64,000 bases of DNA from Phyllosticta citribraziliensis (lineage: Eukaryota), in NCBI RefSeq assembly GCF_038025025.1, contig NW_027117338.1, positions 1,302,001-1,366,000 on the forward strand, in the 5' to 3' direction. Below are positions 49,581-62,076 of this stretch, piece by piece; the first letter of the stretch is position 1, and the number at the start of each line of letters is the position of its first letter. The notes beneath the pieces were generated by a model. That model did no database searches and had not been told where the DNA came from. It saw only the letters and a list, made by a program, of their open reading frames with translations. Made by a program: the position numbers and the translations under genes.

Positions 49581-51778
49581 ATGGGTACCGGAAAGAAGGA
49601 AGCGACCAGAAAGGTGCGGCAGGGGAAGACGAGCGATGGCATGGCCAATGTCAAAGTTAAGGGCGAGAACTTCTATCGGTTTGCTCGCATCTCCCACCTC
49701 TGAAGTGTACGTGTCGCTGATCATCAACGTAGTACTGGAAAGCAGGCCAAGTTGCTCAACATGTACAAGGACGGCAAGCCGCAAAGGAACGCAAATGGCG
49801 ACATTACCAAGGCCGCCTCCTACCAGTCGAGAGATGTACCCAACGCACGCATCGAGCCGAACAGGAAGTGGTTTACCAACTCCCGCGTCATCAGCCAGGA
49901 CTCACTGGCGGCTTTCCGCAACGCCATGGCGGAAAAGGCATCCGATCCCTACTCAGTCCTTCTCAAGTCCAATAAGCTTCCCATGTCCTTGATTAGGGAC
50001 AACAGCGACACCAAGAATGGAATCAAGCAACACCAGGCCAAGATGGCCATTGGGCAAGAGCCGTTCAGCGATACCTTTGGCCCCAAGTCCCAGAGGAAAC
50101 GTGTGAAGCTCGGCGTCTCCAGTATCGAGGATCTTGCAGGAGACGCCGACAAGTCGCACGACAGCTATCTCGATCGCCTGGAGCAAAAGCAGCTTCTGAG
50201 TGGCAACTCGGGTGCGGGCGGCGAAGAAGATGGTTTCGACATGGGAAATGCTTCAATAGCAAAAGAAGCCATCTTTTCAAAAGGCCAGAGCAAGAGGATT
50301 TGGAACGAGTTGTACAAGGTCATTGACTCTTCAGATGTCATCATCCACGTCCTGGACGCCAGAGACCCTCTTGGTACAAGATGCCGGTCTGTGGAGAAGT
50401 ACATGAAAGAGGAGGCACCACACAAGCATCTCATCTTTGTGCTCAACAAGTGTGATCTTGTACCCACAAAGATTGCGGTAAGTCGAATTTTTTCTTCTGC
50501 TTCTCCCTCAAGTCGTTACGACTTCCGAATTGCTTCGCAATTCCCATCGCTAAGTCAAGGCGCCACCCTGCACTCGTTGCAAATTTTCCATGGGTAGATG
50601 TCTGTTACAGCTTTGGGAAATCAATCTCGTCCCGCCGCTTCTGGCCGTTATGGTTTTGAAGTAGGTCGCTCTCCGTCTTGGGGTATGGCCAAAAGGGTCT
50701 GAGAACGATTCGTCTGAGTTGAGGACCGTCTCACCTCGGTGGCTTTTATGGCGGTCCTCTTAGTTACGTTTCATACATGACATGATCTTCAGTTGCTCAT
50801 CAACAATGTGGTCATGACGCTGATTCGATATAGGCCGCTTGGGTGCGCTACCTCTCCAAGGAATACCCAACCCTCGCCTTCCATGCTTCAATCAACAACA
50901 GCTTTGGCAAGGGCTCCCTCATCTCTCTCCTCCGTCAATTCTCTGCCCTCCATTCAAACAGAAAGCAAATTTCCGTCGGAATGATTGGCTACCCCAACAC
51001 GGGCAAATCCTCCATCATCAACACACTCCGCAAGAAAAAGGTCTGCACTACCGCACCCATCCCTGGCGAGACAAAGGTGTGGCAATACGTCACGCTGATG
51101 AAGCGCATCTACCTCATCGACTGCCCCGGTATCGTGCCTCCCAACGCCAACGATACCGACGCGGACCTGCTGCTCCGCGGTGTCGTCCGCATCGAGAGGA
51201 CCGAGAACCCGGAACAGTACGTCGCGGCGGCGCTGAAAAAGTGCAAGAAGCAGCACATCGAGCGCACGTACGAGATCCAGGGCTTCGAAAACGCGACCGA
51301 CTTCCTCGAGCAGCTCGCCCGCAAGGGAGGCCGGCTGCTCAAGGGCGGCGAGGCCGACCTGGACGGCGTCGCCAAGATGGTGCTCAACGACTTCCTCCGC
51401 GGCAAGCTGCCGTGGTACACGCCGCTGCCGTCGATCGAGGACGAGGTGTCCGGCAAGATCGAAGGCCGTGAGGGCCGGTATGGCGAGATGCCGCAGAAGA
51501 AGCGGAAGAGGGAGGATGCGGCCGAAACCGTTAGCAATGCTCCCACCGAGGCTGCCAACATCGACGAGGAGGACGATGATGACGACGACGACGATGACTT
51601 TGAAGACTTCGACGAAGACGACGGCTCTGATTCCGACGACTCGGATGAAGCAGAGGGCGACGCCGAGACGTTGGTCGCCGACGAGGGATCTGACGAGGAC
51701 GACGACGAGGCCGTCGAGGCGGACCTGGCCCAGATATCCGAGGCGCTGTCGCAGGCGCGGAAGAAGCGGAAAACTTGA
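49581..51778 (+). CDS. NOG2: Nucleolar GTPase Nog2 (pre-60S maturation)
   Basis: Exons 49581-49678, 49733-50477, 50834-51778; MGTGKKE..., KGENFYR, circularly permuted GTPase motifs [22 protein letters not shown]; acidic tail. Confidence 0.97.
50541..50780 (+). ncRNA. snR191: Intronic box H/ACA snoRNA, snR191/U19 homolog
   Basis: In the 356-nt NOG2 intron 2 (yeast NOG2 intron hosts snR191). Hairpin 1 has guides AGTCA (50553) and GTTAC (50604), then H box AAATCA 50618-50623. Last hairpin has stem GAGGACCGTC/GGCGGTCCTC with guides GAGTT and TAGTTAC, then ACA at 50775-50777. Guides complement the LSU rRNA helix-69 sequence GUAACUAUGACUC. Confidence 0.85.
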
Positions 51779-52964
51779 GCGAGGAAGGAACCGGAAGAAG
51801 GAAAAAAAGTAGAAGATGATGGTTTCTGGCAGGCATGGCGTGACCCGTACATTAGCAACTTAACCATATGATACCCCCTCAATGTTCATCATGTCTGGCT
51901 ACCTGGATGGCTGGCGTTTCGATCTCACACGTCGCGTCTTGCTCAGTGAATTGACTGCCGAGTCTTCGTCGATGTGAGTGCACCCATTCGTCTATCCGTT
52001 TTACCCTACCCACATGACGCTCACACGCGTGCAAATCGCCAAAGTATTGATCATTTGAATGCTTCCTCATTGTTCATGTATCCAACCCTGTCCTATGCTA
52101 CGCTATGCTATCCCATGCCATCCCACCCCACCAGCTGCCCAGCTGCCCACATCCGTCTCCATCCACATATCAACAGCCCAATGACGCAAAGCAACAGGCA
52201 GCAGCAGCGCCAACATGAAACCCCATGGCACAGGAAAAGAAAAGAAGGAAACGAAAAAGATGAAAAACCGCCGCGACTTGCCTTGTCAACCGGGAAGACA
52301 GACAAGGCAGGCAAGCAGGGGATTGCCAGCAGCTGACGAGAGCTGCCAAACTCCGACACTCCGGTTCCGTTGCAAGGATTGCGATGGTGATGATGAGGGC
52401 GCGTGTATCGTATGTCGAGAAGTGTGGGTTGACGAGGAGGATTCGGAGAAGAGTAAAAGCGTTCGAATGCGTGTGATGATAATGCATGTGGTGGTAAAGA
52501 AGCAAGCATGCAAGCCCATCCCCCTTGCTCCCTCTCAGCGCAGCGTGGCCCAAGGCACGAAAAAGAGAAAAGGAAGCAGATAAAAGCGTGCCTCCTCCAC
52601 GACTGCGTCCAAGCCCAAATGTGTATTTCATGCATCCACCCGCCGTCTTGATGTGTCCCGCCAATCTTTCCAAGGCGCCAAAAGTTGCTTTAGTGTCGAT
52701 GCGGACAAAAGAAGTAAAGATGCCGCCGGTAGGAAAAGGGGAATTAAAATGAAAAGATTCCGAAGGAAATCCAGGCGTTGGCCGGATGAGAACGTCTTTG
52801 AGAGTTAAAGAGCGGGACGAAGAAGAGGATGAGAATGACCCGCCCCAAAGGTCCTTTTTTGGTCTCCTGTTATATGCATTCAATTCGTGTAACCCAGATG
52901 AGGTGGACAAAAGAAAGGAAGTGTGTCATCGTGTCGTGTCTGTAAAATGGAAATCCTCTCAAAG

Positions 52965-55560
52965 CTATTGGCCCACCTCGGTCTCAGGTGGGAGTTCGCC
53001 GAGGTTGCCGGTCTTTTTTCTGAAGCCATTCGGAAGGAGTTTTTGGAGACTTCGCTTGCGCCGGAGAAGCATGCCCCTGGTGCCGCTAATGTCGATTTGA
53101 AGTCCGCTGGCGCTCTCCCGTCGCTTGCCGACGTTGGGGCGATTCTTGTTCGATTGCGGTGACTGTTGCGGCTGCTGCTCCTCCGCCTTTGTGCCAGAAA
53201 GCGAAGACTTGGAAGACCTGTGAAACAAACGTTTGTAGACCCTCTCGGGTTCGCTCGGCTGCGTCGTAACAGAAACCGTCTTTGTCATTGCAAGGTGTGT
53301 CGAGGACTGCGAGCGGAAGGAAGACAAGCCAATATTTGGTGTCGAGGGTTGAGAGACCGAAGGAAATAATTGAGAGTGTGACATGGGACGATCCATCGAG
53401 GGCGGTGAGTCGATGGAGGAGAGCGAAGCGCAGTCGTCGTCGCTGTCGGAGCTGACAAGGTCATCCTCGGTAGCAGACGAAATGGCCTCGTTGGCCGGTA
53501 CTTGGAGAAGGGCAGGATCGCTGGAACGCGGTGCGTGGAAGTTGGGTATCGGCAGCCTGCGACTGGGTCTAACCTGCTGCAGAGACCGGCGGCCGCGGAG
53601 CTCTTCGCTCAAACGACCAGCCTGGTCCAAACCACCGCTCCTTGTCGTCTGGTGGCGTCCTCTCGGCCTGGGCCGTCGGCCACGGCCGGATTCCGAGTGT
53701 GAAGATGATGGCCGGCCCATGACATTTATGCGAAGGTCGACTTGACTGGGGCTAAAAACGACGCGAGCACGCAGCGCTTGCACCGCATTGTCGAGGGCCA
53801 GCTCAATGGCGCAATGGTTCTGTACCCGGCTTAACTTGGGCCAGGTTGCTCTCTCGCCGCAAATGAGAGCCTGTTGCATAAACTCGGGTGAAGGGTTGCT
53901 CAGAATTTTGGGGAATTGTGAGTATGAGATGGCAGGAAAGATGGTAATATCGCCCGAGTACCGCTGTGAGAGAATCGAGCGGGCTTTGGTGCAGTAGTTT
54001 GGCATGAATCCCATTTCGGCCAGCGCGTGAAGTCTGTACTGCGCCTCACCTTTGGCGAGGTTTGCCAGACTGTGCAGCCAATTTGGGCCAGATGCAAAAG
54101 CCGACGTGGCTGAAAGGGTCTCGGCCGGGTTGGCGCCTTCCTCCTTTTCCAGGAACGGAACGACGTGGGGATTGACTTGCGAGACGATGAAATGATTGAC
54201 GTTGAACATTTCGGCGAGACGAGTGATGGGGAGGTCGTTGTCGACTGAGCCATCGATCCATCTTTGCGGAGAGGGGTCCCACGGGACGATTTCATTGGTT
54301 GCTGGATCTTTGGCCTGGAGGGATGCAGCAGAGAAGACGAGAGGTACGGAGCAGGAGGCGGCGCTAGAGCTGTCAGAAGATGTAACGACAGGAGAATGTT
54401 CAGTACTTACACAGCCGACCAGATGAGCACGTTTGGTGCCGTAATGTAGTTGAGCAGCCGGGGCACTTCAAAAGCACTTGCGCTTGACACGGTAATATTG
54501 AGAATTCTCCGGGTCCGATTGTAGGATTCCTGAAATGTCAGGTCGCCGAGCAGGTTGCGGATGACCCTGGTCAAATGGCCAATGTCGAAGAGGGCGCCGT
54601 ATTTGAGGAACCTGGCGACCTTGGTCAAAACCCCGCCTTCGCCCTCCTTTTCAAACACGTCGAGTTCGCCGTAGCAGAATTCTTCCAGGATGCGCTCCAT
54701 TTCCGAGTCGGCCTTGGTGCAGAGCACGGCGCAGACGATACTGCCGGCAGAGGCACCAGAGACGATGCGCGGAAGCATGTGATTCTCCCACAGACTCTTG
54801 ACAACGCCAATGTGGTTCATTCCAAATGTGCCTCCACCAGAGAGCAACAGCGCGCTACGGCCAAATGATTGGCGCGTGGCAAGCAGCTGTTCCAGAACAT
54901 GGCGCGGATCCAGACTGCTGTCGCCTTGTTTCTCGGTGACATCGAGCAGCGACGTCAGGGTGGCCTTGGCCGAGTCAATGTAGCGGTCGATCAAAGTCTT
55001 TGTTCCGACATGCGAGTGTTTGTACAGGCGCAGGTCGCCCATGCCTCCAAGGCCTCTGGTCAGGGTTGTGCGGATAAGGAAAAGCATGCGCTGGACGTCG
55101 CAGTTGATGCGGGCCTCGTCGAGTTGCTTGCAGCGGGCCTCGACGAGCTCGTAGTTGTATTCAAGAGACTCTCGCTCATTTTTCCACGTGTTGTTGCCCT
55201 CGATTTCGTCTAGCTCAGCAGCGGCGGCGCGCCAGTCGTCGAAGTTGTCGGCCTAGGGTGGACGTGATGGTTAGTTTTAGATCGAATCATGGCGGGAGCA
55301 CCAACATTTTGCATGCGCAGATAGAGAATCTGCCTCCGCTCGCTGGTGGCCGGGTCGGACTTGACATGGTCGTGGTCGGGACGGTGGAGAGCGGTGTTGA
55401 CAAAACTCTCAACAGCGGCGGCGGGATCCTTGACGAGATGGACCAAGGGAGAGAAGATGCCGCCGGAGGAGGAGGAGGAGCGCGACTTTTTGTTCAAGCG
55501 GGCGTCGTCTTTGGCATGTTGATATCTGCTGGGCAGGAAGGCGTCTTGGAGGAAGGACAT
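52965..55560 (-). CDS. Patatin-domain triacylglycerol lipase (Tgl4/Tgl5-like)
   Basis: Exons 55560-55306, 55252-54411, 54363-52965; SGGGTFG, nucleophile GASAG, WIDGS, FNVNHFIVSQVNPH. Confidence 0.93.
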
Positions 55561-55892
55561 CTGCAAGACGCAGCCATAGACGAGGGGCGGAGTCGAGGAT
55601 TGGAGGACAGCCCGCAGGCTCGTGACAGACAGACAGGTCAGCAAGGAAGGAAAGTGTGGGGTAGCGGATTGCGGAGGTGTGGAGAGAGCGGAGCAGAGCA
55701 ACGGGTTTTATTAGGGATGGAGAGGAGGCCGAAATGAGAAGCGAATATGGGGTATGGGCGGTGAATGGGGACCTGATGGGGGTGTCACGCGCTGCAGTTG
55801 GGCTGGCCCGGGCAGGCGCGTGAGACAGCCATCTTTAAAGCCCGCCAGAGCACACTAGATCGACGCCATGGGAGCTGTCATATGTCTGTCTA

Positions 55893-55918
55893 CTCTCTCT
55901 CTCTCTCTCTCTCTCTCT
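55893..55918. repeat. (CT)13 microsatellite
   Basis: Direct reading. Confidence 0.9.
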
Positions 55919-58589
55919 GCACTTCGTCATCTGCACGCCCCTCGCTGCTGTGCCCCGACTCGGCATTCTCCCATTCGACCTCGTCCGCCTGCATCTGCAC
56001 TAGGGCTTTGCCGTCAGGAACCACTCTCTCTCTCCCTTGTGACGAAGCCCACTTCGAAACGCTCACGTCCATACCAGCACCCATGCAGCTAAGCTCTCCC
56101 GCTTGCTCGACTGACGAGTGCCACAAATACGCCTCACCAAAGCTTTCTGCTGTCTGCTGTCGCTTTCACGTGTCTGTTTGGGCGTCAACAGACTCGGTTG
56201 GATTCAACAGAATCTGCCACGCTGCGAAGGTAAGCTTCGATGCTGACTTTCTTTGTTCCCTGTCGAATCGCCAGTCGTTTTTATTTTTATTTTTATTTTT
56301 TCCATTTTTGCCCCCTTTCTCTACTCTCTCCTTCTCTCCACCGTCCTCTCCCACTTGGCTGTATGCATCCATCCCATCGACGCAGCGCCAGAGTGGTGCC
56401 TTCTGCTGGCACGGCAACTGGGTGCTTCTTCGCCCGGCTCCCGCCCTCCACCCGCTTCGCTTCGACTGCCGACTCCTGCCCGCCACTCCCTCTTTGTCCA
56501 CGTCCTGTCCGCCCTGCTTTTCCTCCTCGCATCGCATCCATCTCCATTTGGGCCCTGGCCTGCCGCACCATGCCTCGGCCTTTTCCTCACCTCCCGTTCC
56601 GCCATTGACCGGGGAGGCTGGGGGCCTACAGCGGAATGCATCGACTCAGCGGTGCCACATATCCAGGCCCTCTTTACCGCTTCATCATATGTGTGGGGTT
56701 GCCTCCATGTCACCATTATGACGTTTGCCCTTCGAGACCCTTCGAGCCACTGCCCGCAAACTCAATTCGACTCGTCAGCCAAGACCTGAGCATTGGGAAG
56801 CTAACATCACAAACTGACGTGCCTAGAAGCTGTCAAACATCCCGTGACGCCAACTCAAGTCGGACCATCCCATCCACCTGCACCGCCGTACTTCGGTCTC
56901 CCCTCTCTGCCGTTTCCGACTTGCCCTCTGTGTCGTCGAACTCTGTCGTGCGTTCGGCATTCTCAGGAGCTGGTGTCAATCCATTCGATGCAGGGCGAAA
57001 GACTGAAATCCACACACCGCACCAGTCAGTCGCATGCGACCACCCCGCTATCGCGGAAGGATTACGACTAGTCAGCACAACCGACCGCCCATGTCTCATT
57101 GTTTAGTTGCCCAGAATACGCCCTCGTGTTGCTATCGAGTGCCCAAAGGATCTTTTGACGCGGAAAAAGGAGCGAAAAGGTGACGTGGTCTACGATGAGA
57201 GGTACCGGCCTTGGGATCCGATTCCAAAACACAAACTGCCGCTCTCAAGCCGTGCCTGCCACCATGTACATCCTGCAGGTTAAGAAGGAACCCAAACTTT
57301 GATAACATGTCGCAACGCGGGAGTATCCGCCCCTCCACATTGGATGACGACCCGAGCAAAGGAAACAAATGAACAGAGTCTAGGTCGCACGAAGCGTTTC
57401 AGTCGGCCAATCACCGCCTGGCGACAGCAGCAAATCGGCCAGTTACGCGGCCACAGCTTTTCTCAACAAAAGCCTCCGATACCGTTACAGCTCCGCGAGG
57501 TGCCGCTTTTCAGATCATCCCAACCACGGAGCTACGTCTGCAACCGTCGATTGTGAGCTGACTTTGACCTTACCGTGCGCTTTTGTTGAGACGACGTGGC
57601 TGCTGGATTGCCTCTCCCTGAGTGGTCTGATGGTGGACCACCGGAAATGTTGAACCAGAAACAAAGACCTGCCAGCCAACGGGGCAGCGGGAAAGACGAC
57701 AGGAAAAGAAGGTATACCCTTACGCAAACTGACAGCCGTCCTCGCATTTCCAAAGCACTCCAAGCTGTCTCGAAGGGGGAGAAGACGGAGTCTACGTCAG
57801 CCGAAACGACCTGCATGCCCGTCGCAAACCTTGGTAATCCTTCCCGCTCAACCAATACCCCTGACAACCAACCTTCTCGATCCTGCGACCCCCTTCCTGT
57901 CCACGTCGAAGCAAAACACGAGTAACAGATTGCGTCCGCCGTGCCAACCACCACGACTTTGACGCTCGATGTTGGAACGGCGGCAGCTGCTGCACTCGAT
58001 CGAAAATCAAGATTTCTCGAACAATCGCATTCTCCACCATCGAGATCTTGCTGCTGCTGCTGCCAAGAGCCAGGTAGATTTTCCTTTTTACGTTGCAGCC
58101 TGCTTCTGCGCGTCTGGCATTCAAACGAAACCAGCTCTCCTCTCGCTTCTTTGAATGCTGCATCGCAGCACATCCATACAACCTTCCAGAGCACTGGTGA
58201 AAATGTTTTTGCAAACGACCGAGCCACATGGTCGGGCAGATTCTTATTCCTCAATTGCATGTTGTTGCTTGCTTGCTCGGGAATGTATCTTTCATCTGCA
58301 AATTCGCATCTTGCTGCAGCCTGCCAGCTTGACCCCACCGTCATTGCCAAACCTTGAAACGCAGCATTCAGAAACCTACACCTTGTTTACTTGCGCTCGC
58401 GCATCCGCTTTTCCGCCACGCTTTCAGCCACGCGATGGACTTCGTCCTTCGTACAGAGGAGAATAGCAGCGCGCCCTCTCTTTCTCTCCCTTGTCATATC
58501 CCTTTGTGCAGTCACACCCACAAGCGGCGCGTGGGCTAGGCACGACGAAGAGTTTAGTCGCAGCAGCCACGTGGTGGGACATCGTGGGG

Positions 58590-58617
58590 TGGCATGGCAT
58601 GGCATGGCATGGCATGG
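58590..58617. repeat. (TGGCA)5 microsatellite
   Basis: Direct reading. Confidence 0.9.
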
Positions 58618-59014
58618 GCACTACAAAGTGCCGGTGCAGTGGCAACTTGCCACTCAATAGTCTCATAGATGTTCATTCCACTGCGGAGCGTGGGGTGTGG
58701 ATTCAGATGGCTTGGTTGGGTGGGATAGTGTTAGGTAGAAGACTTTCGTCTGCGAACCGTGGGTTGTTGTACAGGAGCTTGATGATAGAGATTAAGATGA
58801 TTTGCTGCATTCGTAACTGTATATGTGTGTATATGCATGTGCACAAGAGGCTCGTGTATGCCATCGCGCTGCTGCTATGTGATGCTGCTTAGATGATGCC
58901 AATCCACCTCTTCCTCACCCGCACTCAACTCTTCGCAGAATCCCCAAACAATCCCGGCCGGCTTCTTCCACAACCCCATCTCCTCATCCCTTCGCCACCA
59001 CTGGCGCTTTCCCC

Positions 59015-60745
59015 TCACTCACCATCGTCCCCCCCATTCCTGCCCTTCCCTCCATGCAGCTCATCCCACTCCTCATTCCACTCGACCACCTGTCCCACCA
59101 TGCCCTCCATCGTCCCCCACACGCCCTTATACCCCAGCCCGCCCTCGCCCTGCGGCCGCCTAGCCAGCTCATCGCCATAATCCAAATGCACGCTGCTGAT
59201 GCCGAACAGCGCGGGCTGCAGCAGCACGGGCAAGCCGCCGAGCGGCGGGAGCAGCGTTAGCAGCGCATCGCCCGCCAGACGCGACGGTGTCGCTTTGGAC
59301 GCGCGCAGCCGGTTGGCCAGCGGCTGCACGGCGAAGTGGTGGAGGAGCGCGTACAGCTCGATGAGGTATGAGAGGAGGAAGGGGATGATGGGCGCAACGG
59401 GGAAGAAGCGCATCGGCGAGTGCACGAGCGTCAGGTGCAGCCGGTGCAGGTCGTAGAAGCGGATGGGCGGCGTGGGGTCGACGATGGTGAAGGCCTGCCC
59501 GCCGAGGTCGTGGTGCGTGGTGTCGTCGGTTTTGGCATTCCGGCGTTGATGCTGTGGTTCCGCACCGTCCGACGCCTCCTCCTGATCTGGCTGAGCCGGT
59601 TTGCCATCTTGGTCGACCCTTTTGTCTTCGCTGTCGGCCGCCTCTTTCTTGCCCTCCTTCTTCTCCGCAGGCGTGATCAGGACCTGCTCGTACAACAGAT
59701 GTGCCAACGCCACATTCCCCGTATACACAAAATTGTTGATGATGTGGCCCAACCAGTCTGGGCCACCTCCAGTGCGCAAATACGCGCCAACAGTGTTATC
59801 AAAGCGGGACCCATACACGCCGCTGGCGGGTCTGATGCAGCCAGTCCTGAAGCCGGCATCGCGGTCGTCTGCCGCGCGCACCAGCGCCTCAGCGCGCGCC
59901 TTGCTCTCCGGATAGTTGCCGTAGTAGCCGCCGTGCGGACGGCGCAGATCGTAGTCGGCGTCCGTCAGGCGCTGGTAGTAGCCGACGGGCCAGCGGCGCC
60001 AGGGCGCGAGCCAGAACTTGACGGGGCGGATGGCGATGGAGCCCGAGGACGTGGCGACGAAGACGTCAGCGCCGGCCTCGCGCGCCGCGTCCAGGACGTA
60101 TGCGGTTCCCGTCTCGTTGACTTGCGACGAGAGCGGGAGCAGCGACGCCTTGCGCTCTGAGACGCGGATCACTGCTGCCGTGTGGAAAACGGTTAGGGGC
60201 AGATCGGCTGCGTGGGATGGCCACGGGAGCGAAAAGGCCTTGTTGACGGACTCCTTGCTCCCGACGTCGACCGCGACGAAGTGCGCGCGAGACAGGTCGC
60301 GGGCGCGGCGAACGCTTCCCGCGACCTTTGGGGTGGGCGCGCGGATGTCGAGGATGCGGACCAGAGCTGGGTCTTCACCGCGGAGCAGTAGCTGCTGGAC
60401 AATGGCGCCGCCTACGAGGCCTGTCGAGTCTGCGTCAGTTGGAGCTTTGAGTTCGCGAGTCGTCTATCACGTACCGGTTCCCCCGGTCACAATATAGCGT
60501 CGGTTCTGCTTTGGGGGCAGATGTGGCGTCACGTCTATTGGATTCTCCTTCAACTCGTCGTACGTCTTCCGCAGCTCTTCCTCAGTCCATGGCTTTACCG
60601 CCACGCGCTCCACCACCTCGGGAGTGCCTCCAAGACCGTGGTTAACATGGCAGAGATACAAGAAAATAAGCAGCCCAGCAACGGTCAGGATTGCGGACGA
60701 CGGAGAGGCAGGAAGGAGCGCGCCAGACAGGTCAAGGAGATGCAT
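59015..60745 (-). CDS. 3-beta-hydroxysteroid dehydrogenase / Erg26-like extended SDR with N-terminal membrane anchor
   Basis: Exons 60745-60475 and 60420-59015; Rossmann TGGTGLVG formed across the intron, VFHTAA, ATSSGS, catalytic YPESK, IRPASGVYG. Confidence 0.88.
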
Positions 60746-62076
60746 GGCCGGGCCTGTCTGGGGTGGACGCGCAGAGGATAAGAGAGGTTGCGGCGGGCTT
60801 TTCTACAGTCGAGCACCTGAGACGTCACAGTGCTGCAGGGATCAAGGGACATCGGTTGTTGCATCGCCAGAGGCGCCGTTGCTGCTGCCCACGCTAGCCA
60901 AGAAGGGTCCCTCGAGCCAGCTTGGTGGATGGCATTCCGTGCCGCTTGCTTCGGAGCGGGAGCGGCTACAGCAGGATGCCGTTTTGAGGCGTCCATGTCT
61001 GTCTATTGCGTATTCGAAGAGAGAATACAACACTCTTGCAGGTCTGGTAGGTACGAAGCCAGGAGCATTTTGGTAAAAAGGTATCAGGTCCCTGTGCAGA
61101 TCAGCTGTCTCAAGACTGCAGCTCAGCATGGCCAGCGGCATGCCACTGCTTCGTGATAAGCGGTCTCGTGAAGCAAACCACAGGCCGTCAAAGATGCGAC
61201 ACCGGAGTAGGCAGGAGCGTAGCCTCTTTCTCTCCGGTACCCATTCTCGATGTGCCGTAGCGCGGGGGTCTATTGTTGTGAAAATTCGGGGGGAGAGGAA
61301 CGGCCTGTGGCTTAGGCGAGCACGCCGGCTCTTGGGAGCTTAGAGACCGGAGGCACATTTGGCAGATTCGTCCAGTGTATTCGCCCGGTGGACTTGGCCA
61401 GATGTTTTAGACTGGCTGCATGGACACGGTGAGGTCGGCCGTCGTCGTGCGACTGTCCTGGACGTTGTGCTCGATTTCGGCTGCGAAGCGAGCAACCTGT
61501 TGGACCAGGGTCCCCGCTGTCCTCGATTTGATTCAGGACCAAGCGAGGGACTTCATGCAAGCTTGACGTCTCCCACGCTACCTCTATAGACGCCCAGAAG
61601 TTTGACTGAATGCAAGGAGCATTCGCTTATTCTTCCAGATGACGCTAGGAAGCTGTGCCAAATTTGAGCGAATTCCTTCACTCGGCTTCTTTGAACAGTT
61701 TAAAAGACACAGATTGGAGAAGTAAAATACATATATACAATGAATACAACTCAAGTGACAAGAGCGACAGGAAGAAAGAAATTTCAAGTCTCAAACTTGA
61801 ATATAAAGTCGAAAAGGAAACTCGTGGCAGGTGAATCTAGCAAAGCCGTCTGTCCCATGAGCGACGTGGGAAACAAGGGGACAGGAAACCCCGAAAACCT
61901 GCGAAACCGACCAAAACCCCACCCAAATTCCCTATTGACGACAGAAATCAAAGAAGAAAAGCTTGTACATGGTATCAAGATAGGTCATCCACAGCATGCC
62001 ATATCTCCTTCTCCTCCATCATCCCAAGTCCGCGGGTACACTAAAGCCACCACACTGTTCTCTGCTCCTCCTGGCT

